A stretch of DNA of 64,000 nucleotides, taken from positions 35,980-99,979 of the forward strand of contig JAPSGB010000009.1 of the NCBI GenBank assembly GCA_035063585.1, in the 5' to 3' direction. Numbering within the stretch: the first letter of the stretch is position 1; every line of letters starts with the position of its first letter. The translations under genes and the position numbers were made by a program. The notes under the pieces were generated by a model. The model did no database searches. It saw only the letters and a list, made by a program, of their open reading frames with translations, and was not told where the DNA came from. Positions 6,936-16,336 of the stretch are shown here, piece after piece. The DNA is from Polyangiaceae bacterium. Its GTDB lineage: Bacteria > Myxococcota_A > Polyangia > Polyangiales > Polyangiaceae.

Positions 6936-8042
6936 ATGATCTACGAAGGTCCCAGGAGGACTCGCTCGCCGCTCCTCGGGCTCGGGGCGGCGATGCTCCT
7001 CGCGCTCCCGAGCTGCAGCGGCGCGGGGGAGGACGAGGCGCCAGCGCGGAACGTCGGCAGCAGCGGCGGAGGTAGCGGAGGCGGTCAGGCGGGCTCGGGC
7101 GGCGCGGCGGGCTCGGGCGGCGCGGCGGGCTCCGGCGGCGCGGCAGGCTCCGGCGGCGCGGCGGGCTCCGGCGGCGCGGCGGGCTCCGGCGGCGCGAGCA
7201 CCGGAGGCGACCCCTGTGAGAAGGCCACGCTCGGCCCCGGTCACTACTGCGCGAAGTCGCTCGATGCCTCCTCCGCCGACGACGACACCCTCTACGTGTG
7301 CTCGGACTCGCAGGGGACGGTAGTGTCCGAGGAGACGTGCGCGCTCGGTTGCATGCAGATGCCGGACGGCCAAGCCGACGCCTGCCGGACGAACGAGGCC
7401 GGGATCGATTGGCACGTGAACGGCTACCTCTTGAACGAGGACGAGAAGGCGCTCGCGCGCGAGGTCGCGAAGGAGGCCGTCCCGGCCATCGCCGGCAGCC
7501 GCGCGGAGCGCGTGAAGATCGCTGCCGAGGCGTCGTGGTGGGCGTTGAAGGAGGGCGTGTGGGAGCTCGGGGTGACCGGGACGTACACCTATTCCAACTG
7601 CAATTTCGGCCCCCGTGACGATCGGCGCATCGGCCCGCTCGAGCTCTGCGGTGACGGGGCGGCGTGGCAGGTGGGCCTCATGGCGATCCAGGTGCCGGAT
7701 CACACGCTCGCTGCCGTCGAGGGGGCCGCAGGGAGCCTCTTCCCGAGCACCTCGCTCTCATCGCTCCTCCAGCTCGTCGCGACCAAGGCGAACGTGACGT
7801 CGGGCCAGGCGTCACAGATCGTCGCGTCGACGGGAACTCTGCGTAAGGCGTGGCTGCTCCGCGTGCCGGCCATCGCGATGACGCTCATCCAGCCGCAGAT
7901 CACCGAGCAGTGTTACGTGGAAGAGAAGGTCTGGTGCTACGGAACCAGCTGGAACGAGTCGGCCAAGTTCGCGCCGACCAAGGCCGCCATGTACCAGTCG
8001 ATCTCGGATCTCGAGCGGATCCTCGGGCAGCTCGCGCCCTGA
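6936..8042 (+). CDS. Lipoprotein: (AGSGGA)n linker, the same six-Cys module, then an unrelated C-terminal domain (possibly lysozyme/transglycosylase-like)
   Basis: SD GGAGG lies 7 nt before ATG 6936. Lipobox LLALPSC. Module DPCEKATLGPGHYCAKSLD...YVCSD...ETCALGCMQMPDGQADAC. The C-terminal domain contains ...WWALKEGVWE...WQVGLMAIQV..., weakly reminiscent of the SLT E...GLMQ pattern. Confidence 0.75.
   Translation: MIYEGPRRTRSPLLGLGAAMLLALPSCSGAGEDEAPARNVGSSGGGSGGGQAGSGGAAGSGGAAGSGGAAGSGGAAGSGGAAGSGGASTGGDPCEKATLGPGHYCAKSLDASSADDDTLYVCSDSQGTVVSEETCALGCMQMPDGQADACRTNEAGIDWHVNGYLLNEDEKALAREVAKEAVPAIAGSRAERVKIAAEASWWALKEGVWELGVTGTYTYSNCNFGPRDDRRIGPLELCGDGAAWQVGLMAIQVPDHTLAAVEGAAGSLFPSTSLSSLLQLVATKANVTSGQASQIVASTGTLRKAWLLRVPAIAMTLIQPQITEQCYVEEKVWCYGTSWNESAKFAPTKAAMYQSISDLERILGQLAP
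7089..7196 (+). repeat. Six tandem copies of an 18-bp unit gcgggctc(g/c)ggcggcgcg encoding (AGSGGA)6
   Basis: Counted directly at 7089-7106, 7107-7124, 7125-7142, 7143-7160, 7161-7178 and 7179-7196. Only 1-2 substitutions between copies. In frame within CDS 6936..8042. Confidence 0.95.
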
Positions 8043-8059
8043 GCGCGCCTCACGCCGCT

Positions 8060-8081
8060 GTCTCGTGGCGCGCCGCGAGAC
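8060..8081. terminator. GC-rich inverted repeat between convergent genes (possible bidirectional terminator hairpin)
   Basis: gtctcgtggcg|cgccgcgagac gives 11 potential pairs including one G-U. It sits between stop 8042 (+) and stop 8110 (-). There is no U-tract. Confidence 0.3.
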
Positions 8082-8109
8082 GTGGTGCGGCGCGGCCTCG
8101 CCCGGCGCC

Positions 8110-8613
8110 TCATACCCGATCGAGCTCGCGCGGAGCGCGCTCGGGGCTCATGAGGAGCTCTCGAACATCGCTCGGGATACGGCGCGGGCGGTGAGCGTCG
8201 TCGACGCAGGCGAGCGTGGTGTGGCCCTCGGTGAGGAGCTCACCATCCGCCTCGCGGAACACCCGATAGTCGAACCGCACCGTGGCGCCGGAGAGCTCGC
8301 TCACCCGCGCCTCGACCACCAGCCGCTCGTCGAAGCGCGCCGCGCGGCGATACCGGAGCCCGGCCTCGATGACCGGGAGGTTCACGCCGCGGCGCACGAA
8401 ATCACCGTAATCGACCCCGCGCCGGCGGAGATACTCGACGCGCGCCGCCTCGAACCAGAGCAGATAGCTCGAGTGGTGGGCGATGCCCATGAGATCCGTC
8501 TCGCCGAAGCGGACCCGGATGACATATCGGCTCGACGGGACTTCGACGGCGGAGGCGGCGGTCGACACGGGAAGGGAGCATATCCTCTTGCCCGCGCGCC
8601 GCGATAGCAGCAT
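8110..8613 (-). CDS. Acyl-CoA thioesterase, YbgC/FadM (4HBT hotdog) family
   Basis: IRVRFGETDLMGIAHHSSYLLWFEAARVEYLRRRG...LPVIEAGLRYRRAARFDE is the classic YbgC-type pattern. The true start is probably internal, because only 11 nt separate 8613 from the divergent usp start. Confidence 0.85.
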   Translation of the reverse strand: MLLSRRAGKRICSLPVSTAASAVEVPSSRYVIRVRFGETDLMGIAHHSSYLLWFEAARVEYLRRRGVDYGDFVRRGVNLPVIEAGLRYRRAARFDERLVVEARVSELSGATVRFDYRVFREADGELLTEGHTTLACVDDAHRPRRIPSDVRELLMSPERAPRELDRV

Positions 8614-8624
8614 GACTCTCGCCC

Positions 8625-9080
8625 ATGGCCTTCGAAATCGTAGCGGGCGTGGACTACTCGGCTCCCAGCGAGCTCGCGCTCGCCCGCGCGCTCGAGCTTC
8701 TGGCGCATCGCCCCGACGCTCGGCTCCACGTCATCACGGTGGCGGCGGGCGCAGGGCCGCGGCTACCCGAAGAGCTCACCCTGGACGCGAAGGAGCGCTT
8801 CCTCAGCGAGGCCCGCGCCACCCTCGAGCGCCACCTCGACGAGCAGGTCGCCGCGCGCCCGGGCCTGCGGGAGCGGCTCCTCCTGGCGGTGGACTTCGGG
8901 GATCCCGCGGAGCGCATCCTCGCACTCGCCAAGAGCGCGGACGCCGATCTGGTGGTGGTCGGCACTCGCAACCGACGCGGCGTCGAGCGGCTCCTCCTCG
9001 GCTCGGTCGCCGAGACGGTGCTTCGCAACGCGGGCTGCCCGGTGCTCGTCATGCGCGAGCGGCGCGCGAGCTCGGGTTAG
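8625..9080 (+). CDS. Universal stress protein (UspA family)
   Basis: IVAGVDYS...HVITV...ADLVVVGTRNRRGVERLLLGSVAETVLRNAGCPVLVM is the USP ATP-binding-type C-terminal motif. Its stop overlaps the convergent HDAC stop (TTAG). Confidence 0.88.
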   Translation: MAFEIVAGVDYSAPSELALARALELLAHRPDARLHVITVAAGAGPRLPEELTLDAKERFLSEARATLERHLDEQVAARPGLRERLLLAVDFGDPAERILALAKSADADLVVVGTRNRRGVERLLLGSVAETVLRNAGCPVLVMRERRASSG

Positions 9081-10822
9081 CCGGACGGCGAGACGATCTC
9101 GAACCGCACGCGCGCGCGCTCGGCCTCGATGCGCCCGCGCTCGGGCACGCGCCCGTCGAGCCAGTGCACCATCTCGTCCGCCTCCCACGAGTAGGGCGCG
9201 CCGTTCATCCGGACGCGCCCCTCGGTGAGCGCGAGGGTGGCCGCGCGGAGCGGGACCCCGGAGAAATCGCGCAAGATGGCCTCCCAGCGGCCCTGACGCG
9301 CGGGCTCGACGAAGGCGAGATCGTAACGGCCGGCGTAGGCGGTGTGATACCAGGCCGGGCGGTAGGCGAGCCCAGCCAGACCGAGCCGCGCCGCCATCCT
9401 CGCGAGCAGCTCGGCGCACTCGCGCGCGAGCCCGAGCCCCGGCTCCTCCTGGCCCGGGAGCTTCGGCCGCTGGTCGCTGAAGCGCCCGCGCGGGTGGCGC
9501 AGCGTGAGCCAATGGACGTAGAGCACCTCGTCCTCGCCGAGGCTCCGCTTCTCGACCACGCACTCGATGAGCAGATGTTCGGCGCCGCCGAACCTCCCGA
9601 ACACCCTGAGGCAGTCCCCGATCCCCTCGCGCGAAATGGCGAAGCGAAAGCGCGAGTAGCCGAGCCGCCGGAGCTGCTCGAGGAGCCCGTAACGGGAGAA
9701 CGCGTACTCGAGCCCCTCCTTCGTGTAGTAGTCGAGGAGCCGAAGCGCCTTCGGCGACGGGCGGCCGAGCGAGGCGAGCACGTCTTCCTCGGTGAGCTCG
9801 AAGCCGCCGTCGAGCTCGCGCGGATCGATCTGCGCTGCGATCCGCGCGAAGCGCGCGCGGAGCGCGTCGTAGCCGGGCGGGACCGGCTCGAGCGAACCGA
9901 GCGCGAGCGCGAGCCCGGTGCCGGCGAGCACCTTCCACGCGTCCTCCGAGTAGCCACCGGCCGGGAGCCACACGCTCGGCCCGCCGGCGAGCGCGCGCGT
10001 GACGCGCAGATCACGCCGCCGCGCGCCGTCGAGGGACAGCGCGAACGCGCCGAACCGATCGCCGGCGAGCACGTCCCCGCCCGCGAGCACGAAGGTGAGC
10101 GCGGCCGGCGGCATGCGGCGGAGCAGCGCGCCGAGCGCGGAGAGATAGCTCGCGTCGTCGCAGCCAGGTGGGAGCCGTGTCTCGTCGACGCCGGGGAGCG
10201 CGCCCCAGTCGGCGCCCGACAGCGAGCCGATCCACACGCTCGGATCTCCCTCGAAGCACTCGGCGAGGCCGTCCGGCGGATGGGCGTCGAGATCGAGCAC
10301 CCCCACGCGCCGATCGAAGCCCTCGGCGCGAAGCGCTGCTACCGCCGTGGCGACGTCATTCACGGCGCAGAACCCGCCGCCGCGCCCGGGACCGGCGTGG
10401 TGAAATCCGCCGAGCAGGTTCAGCGTCGCCCCGCCACGAGCGAGCGCGGCGCGCGCGGCGTCGAGGGTGCCACCGCAAGCGACCCGCAGCGTCCGCACGA
10501 GCTCGTCGACGTTCACGTCAGTGGCGTCGACCGCGAAGATGCGCCCGAGCTCCTCGGCCGACGACAGCGAGTCGAGCAGCTCGTGCGTGTGGACTCGCGC
10601 GAGATCCTTGTACCGGATGCGATGCGGTGTACGAACGTCGGTCGGCCGAATCACGCCCGTCTCGAGCAGGTAGCCGAGCGCCAGATCCGCGCGCCGCGGC
10701 TCCATCCCGGTCGCAGCCTCGATGGAGGCGAGCGGGAGTCGATAGGTCGGATCGTAGAAGACCGGCAGCCCGCGCGCTCCAAAGAACGCGCGGAGCCGAT
10801 GTTTCCACCGGGAAGCCTTCAC
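9077..10822 (-). CDS. Histone-deacetylase-family (class IV/HDAC11-like) amidohydrolase fused to a ~265-aa uncharacterised C-terminal domain
   Basis: HDAC active-site blocks appear intact: LLGGFHHAGPGRGGGFCAVND, VGVLDLDAHPPDG, LAGGDVLAGD and LPAGGYSED. Residues ~315-581 (nt ~9080-9880) form an extra domain containing LYVHWLTLRHP...LPGQEEPGLGLARECAELL. Confidence 0.85.
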   Translation of the reverse strand: MKASRWKHRLRAFFGARGLPVFYDPTYRLPLASIEAATGMEPRRADLALGYLLETGVIRPTDVRTPHRIRYKDLARVHTHELLDSLSSAEELGRIFAVDATDVNVDELVRTLRVACGGTLDAARAALARGGATLNLLGGFHHAGPGRGGGFCAVNDVATAVAALRAEGFDRRVGVLDLDAHPPDGLAECFEGDPSVWIGSLSGADWGALPGVDETRLPPGCDDASYLSALGALLRRMPPAALTFVLAGGDVLAGDRFGAFALSLDGARRRDLRVTRALAGGPSVWLPAGGYSEDAWKVLAGTGLALALGSLEPVPPGYDALRARFARIAAQIDPRELDGGFELTEEDVLASLGRPSPKALRLLDYYTKEGLEYAFSRYGLLEQLRRLGYSRFRFAISREGIGDCLRVFGRFGGAEHLLIECVVEKRSLGEDEVLYVHWLTLRHPRGRFSDQRPKLPGQEEPGLGLARECAELLARMAARLGLAGLAYRPAWYHTAYAGRYDLAFVEPARQGRWEAILRDFSGVPLRAATLALTEGRVRMNGAPYSWEADEMVHWLDGRVPERGRIEAERARVRFEIVSPSG

Positions 10823-11283
10823 TCGTCGCCGCGCGCGACCGGGATGGTGAGCACCGGCACCGGCGACAGCCGCACGAGCTTCTCGGCGACGCTGCCGAGC
10901 AAGAGATGCTTCACGCCGGTCCGCCCGCGCGTCCCCATCACGACCAGATCCGCCTCGTGCTTCCTGACGTACTCGATGATGGTCGAGGCGGGCTCGCCCG
11001 ACTCGAGACGCGTCGCGGTCTCGACGGACTCGGGCAGGGCCGCGCTGGCGAGGAACTCGCTCATCTCGCGCTCGGCGTTCTCACGAATGAGCTCGACGAG
11101 CGACCGCGCGGGCTCGCCGGGCTTGCTCACCATGGTCGTCTCGGGCACATAGCTCGGCCGATCCCACACGTGCACCACGTCGAGCCGCGCGCCGAACCGC
11201 GCGGCGAGCGCGCCGGCGTATCGCAGCGTCTCTTTCGCGTGGTCAGAGTAGTCGACGGGCACGACGATACGCTTGATGTCCAT
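10819..11283 (-). CDS. Universal stress protein (UspA family)
   Basis: IVVPVDYSDHAKETL...ADLVVMGTRGRTGVKHLLLGSVAEKLVRLSPVPVLTI. A 4-nt overlap (ATGA) with the downstream HDAC-fusion gene indicates one operon. Confidence 0.9.
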   Translation of the reverse strand: MDIKRIVVPVDYSDHAKETLRYAGALAARFGARLDVVHVWDRPSYVPETTMVSKPGEPARSLVELIRENAEREMSEFLASAALPESVETATRLESGEPASTIIEYVRKHEADLVVMGTRGRTGVKHLLLGSVAEKLVRLSPVPVLTIPVARGDE

Positions 11284-11463
11284 CCTGGTCCTCCGTAAGG
11301 GGTGGAGCGGCCTCGGCTTCTACTATGGCAGGAGGCAGGAGGGTATGCCGGTTCGGCGCGGAACCCCGGGGCCCGAGCGCCCGCGCGGTCGAGCGGCCCG
11401 GTGACCAGCCCCAAAGTGCGGGCGGGACGCCGGGCGGCGTGCGATAACCGGTGGAGCTACGAA

Positions 11464-13290
<1,827 letters not shown>

Positions 13291-13699
13291 CGCGCCGGCC
13301 GATGCCTCCGGCGTCGCCCTTCCCTCGGCGAGCGGACCGCTCACGCGGAACGTCAGCGGAACGCCGAACGCGGTCGACCTCACGACGAGCGGAGAGTGCC
13401 GCGCCTTCAAGGGGCGGAGCGCGCTGACCGCGAGCCGAGCGTCCGGCGGGAACCATGCGCGGACTCCGGAGTCGGGCGAGGGTGGTGCGCGGCCGCGAGG
13501 ACCTTGGCGGCCTACTCGAGCGCGAGCTCGCAATGAGCCGTGTGCGCGGCGCCGGCGAAGGTCGAGGCTCCTTGCCGGGGGGGTCGTCGCGGCGGGGCTT
13601 CGGAGGTCGCGCCGACCCTTGGCGCGCGGTCCCGTTCGGCGTTAGCCTCCTGCCATTCGAGCCAGTGTCGCGGTACCCGCGGCAGGATAGGAGCGATCC

Positions 13700-14545
13700 A
13701 TGCGCCGCCGGCACCCTCTCACGTCTTGGTCGGGTTCGATCATGGCCCTGGCGCTGGTGATGGCCGGCTGCTCGAGCTCCTCGGGGGGCGCGAGCGGCAG
13801 CGGAGGGGCGACCGGCAGCGGAGGGGCGAGCGGGTCCGCCGGCTGCTCGGGTGACGGATGCGGCTCCGGTGACTGCCTCACGCCGGTCTCCGACTTCGAG
13901 TCGGGTGGCGACGTCGCCGCCGGATTCACGAACACGCAGGTGCAGCGAGGCAGCGTCGAGGTCGACGCGGATCCAGTGGAGCCCACGAACCACGTCGCGC
14001 GCATGACCGCCGGCGAGAAGGTGGGCGATCAGGTGGGCAAGGCCGATCTCATCGTGGCCTACCCGGCCATCGGCGCCGGGCATCGCGTGGTGGCGAGCGG
14101 GCGGTTCTTCTTCCCGGCCGACTCCTCGCTCGACAGCCTCATCCTGATGGACATCGAGTGCGCTTCGTGCGGGCTCGACACCAACCCCGGCATCCGGCTC
14201 TACCTGCGTGACGGAGCCCTCCGGGTCGATCGCTCGAAGATCGGGCTCACGGACGCCTTCCTGCCGACGAGCCCCACGCTCGTCACGACCGGCACGTGGC
14301 ACTCGCTCGTGTGGCAAGTGACGCTCGGCATCGGCGACGCTGGGCGGAGCGACGTCTACCTCGACGGCGTGCAGGTCATGAGCGCGACCGGCACGACGCT
14401 CATCAGCCAGGCGATCATCGACCAGGTCGCGCCGGGAATCACCGTGAAGGAACGAGCGGATCGACTCCAAATCGGCCTGACCGCGAACTCGAACCCGACG
14501 TCGCAGACGCTGTTTCTCGACGACGTCGCGATGTGCGTCGACTGA
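13700..14545 (+). CDS. Lipoprotein with Gly/Ser/Cys linker and a concanavalin-A/LamG-like jelly-roll domain (possibly polysaccharide-lyase-like)
   Basis: SD AGGAG lies 6 nt before ATG 13700. Lipobox LVMAGC. Linker SSSSGGASGSGGATGSGGASGSAGCSGDGCGSGDC. The C-terminal beta-rich domain (...WHSLVWQVTLG...VYLDGVQV...LFLDDVAM) fits the ConA-like pattern. The function call is weak. Confidence 0.7.
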   Translation: MRRRHPLTSWSGSIMALALVMAGCSSSSGGASGSGGATGSGGASGSAGCSGDGCGSGDCLTPVSDFESGGDVAAGFTNTQVQRGSVEVDADPVEPTNHVARMTAGEKVGDQVGKADLIVAYPAIGAGHRVVASGRFFFPADSSLDSLILMDIECASCGLDTNPGIRLYLRDGALRVDRSKIGLTDAFLPTSPTLVTTGTWHSLVWQVTLGIGDAGRSDVYLDGVQVMSATGTTLISQAIIDQVAPGITVKERADRLQIGLTANSNPTSQTLFLDDVAMCVD

Positions 14546-14777
14546 CCGCGCCGCGGCTCACCCTGCGTCGCGCTCGATCGCGAGGAGGCCGCGACGAACG
14601 GCCCGCTCACGAGCCCGACGCTCGGCGCCTCGACGTATGAGGTGAGGTTCGAGACGCCGCCGCCCGCGCAAGAGTGCGTCGTGCTCGACGGTGCCGGCAG
14701 CGTGACCGCGCGAGCCTCGCCCAGGAGCCTCTGCGCGGTCGTGGAGGCGAGCCCGAAGGGGACCGGACGTCACGTCG

Positions 14778-16118
14778 TCAGGGCGGAGGCAGACCCACGC
14801 TGAGCACCGCGTCGATCTCGGCGGCCGTGTAGCTGGTCCCCCAGACCACGTCGACCGCCGCCGCTACGATCTCGGCGCCGCCCTTCATCTGCCCGGTCTT
14901 CACCTCGATCAGCATCATCTTCGGATCGGTCAGCTCCCGCAGACGGGGCGCGGCGAAGCCGACGTCTTCGCCGCGGACCTGAGCGTCCCTCACGGTCGTC
15001 AGATGCGCGACGAGCGCGCTCGGCGATACGGCGCCGATGAGCGTCGCTCCCGGCGCGAGCCTGCGGTGCAGGTACGCCACCCCGTAGGTGTAAGCCGAAG
15101 GGTAGCCCTCCTCTTCGAGAAGCGGACCGTGGGTCGCGGCGCCCGGATCGGGCGTGCCAGGACGACGCCAGTAGATCACGTCGGCGCCGCAGAGCGCGGA
15201 GAGTCGTTCGCTCTGCCGGATGGGTACGAGGTTGTCGAGGCTGTCGTGCAGCAAGAGCGTGGCGCTCGGGAGCCCCGGGCACAAATCCGCGAACGTCAAG
15301 CCCGTGTAGTCGGCGGTCGCCATCGGGCCGGTCGTCGCCTCTACGCGATGGCGGTGCCCGCGCAGCGCGCTCAGCACCGGCTCGGCGCGGGAAGCGGCAT
15401 ACGGCAACCACTCCGAGAAGTCCGCGGGCGGGTACAGCGCCACGGTGACGAGCGGCGCGATCCGGCGATCCCCGAACGCGCTCGCGTAAAGCGACTCGAA
15501 GCCTCCCCACGAACCGCCGAACACCCCGACCCGCGAGTGATCGACGTCGGGTTGCTCTGCCAGAAACCACATCCCGGCCTTCATGTCTTCGATGTCGTCG
15601 GCGACAGAGCCGCCGGCGTAAAATCTCCCGTGAACCCGCAGGACGGCGAACCCGTTGAGCAGGTGGATGTACGCCTCGTCGTTTACTTGAGCGATCGACG
15701 CAGGCTCGTAGTTGACCTTCGTCTCGCCGTCGTAGTCCGGCTGCTCGACATCGTCGTAGACGCCCTTGCTCCGACCTGCCCAGCGAGCATCGACCTCCTC
15801 GCCGGACCAGTCGATCCCACCGTAGGGGTCGGTCGCCAGCACCGCCGGAGTTGGCGCGGGACGATCGCTCCGTATCCAGTGCACGTACGTCCGCCCACCA
15901 TCGGGACGAATGACCCGCACCAACTCTACCGGGAACGAGCGGCCGTCACGCTCGACCGAAAGCTCCCGTACCACCTCGGCTCGATAGGCGGCTCGAGGCC
16001 CGTCGGGCGTCCCTGAGTCGGCGGCTCCATCCAGCTCCGACCGTGGCGCCGAGCCGGCGTCGCTGCCTTGGCAAGCAGCGGCTCCGAGAGTGGCGATGAG
16101 TAGCAACACCTGCCGCAT
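14778..16118 (-). CDS. Lipoprotein alpha/beta-hydrolase (S9 prolyl-oligopeptidase / dienelactone-hydrolase-like)
   Basis: Lipobox LGAAAC. Nucleophile elbow VGVFGGSWGGFESL (GxSxG). Downstream acid and His regions are LLLHDSLDNLVP and ATHGPL. Confidence 0.8.
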   Translation of the reverse strand: MRQVLLLIATLGAAACQGSDAGSAPRSELDGAADSGTPDGPRAAYRAEVVRELSVERDGRSFPVELVRVIRPDGGRTYVHWIRSDRPAPTPAVLATDPYGGIDWSGEEVDARWAGRSKGVYDDVEQPDYDGETKVNYEPASIAQVNDEAYIHLLNGFAVLRVHGRFYAGGSVADDIEDMKAGMWFLAEQPDVDHSRVGVFGGSWGGFESLYASAFGDRRIAPLVTVALYPPADFSEWLPYAASRAEPVLSALRGHRHRVEATTGPMATADYTGLTFADLCPGLPSATLLLHDSLDNLVPIRQSERLSALCGADVIYWRRPGTPDPGAATHGPLLEEEGYPSAYTYGVAYLHRRLAPGATLIGAVSPSALVAHLTTVRDAQVRGEDVGFAAPRLRELTDPKMMLIEVKTGQMKGGAEIVAAAVDVVWGTSYTAAEIDAVLSVGLPPP

Positions 16119-16336
16119 CGGCGCTCCTGCTGAAGACGCCGGCGCTCACCGGAGCGCCGGCATGAAGACCGCATTAGGCTGCCAGTCGAAACGGCGGTCA
16201 AGGCGGCCCGCCCCGCGCGCTTGCCTCGCGGCGGAGTCGCAGGTGGCCCGAAGGTCTCGCCACTCACGGGCTACCCGGGCTCGCTCGACGCTGAAGCCTG
16301 GAGCGTCCGCCGCTCCCCGCCCGAGCGATACGGCCG

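Noticed and set aside
7089-7196. Tandem repeats at 7089-7196, 38376-38468 and 45330-45434 considered as CRISPR or minisatellite arrays
   Set aside because: The units are 15-24 bp, directly abutting with no spacers, in frame, and encode low-complexity linkers inside genes. No cas genes are present.
5807-7703. Minus-strand ORFs 5807..6829 and 6585..7703, which share similar sequence with each other
   Set aside because: Their mutual similarity simply mirrors the duplicated six-Cys module and Gly-rich linkers of the + strand lipoprotein genes. Composition is Arg/Ala-rich.
8483-11152. 889-aa + strand ORF spanning the USP/HDAC region
   Set aside because: The translation is Arg/Ala/Pro/Glu-rich. 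It overlaps three genes with clear family motifs (usp on the same strand in another frame, HDAC and usp on the opposite strand).
13291-13699. 409-bp gap between the kinase gene and the ConA-like lipoprotein gene, with ORFs 13455..13760 and 13540..13854 and a G7 run
   Set aside because: The ORF translations are Arg/Gly-rich and overlap the well-supported 13700 start, which has an AGGAG SD. No RNA-gene or riboswitch-like conserved structure is recognisable by eye.
14546-14777. Protein-like reading (…TNGPLTSPTLGASTYEVRFETPPPAQECVVLDGAGSVTARASPRSLCAVVEASPKG…) in the gap between two convergent genes
   Set aside because: There is no canonical start except an internal GTG giving about 53 aa, no motif, and it is too short to separate a gene remnant from chance. 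It is worth a tblastn check only.
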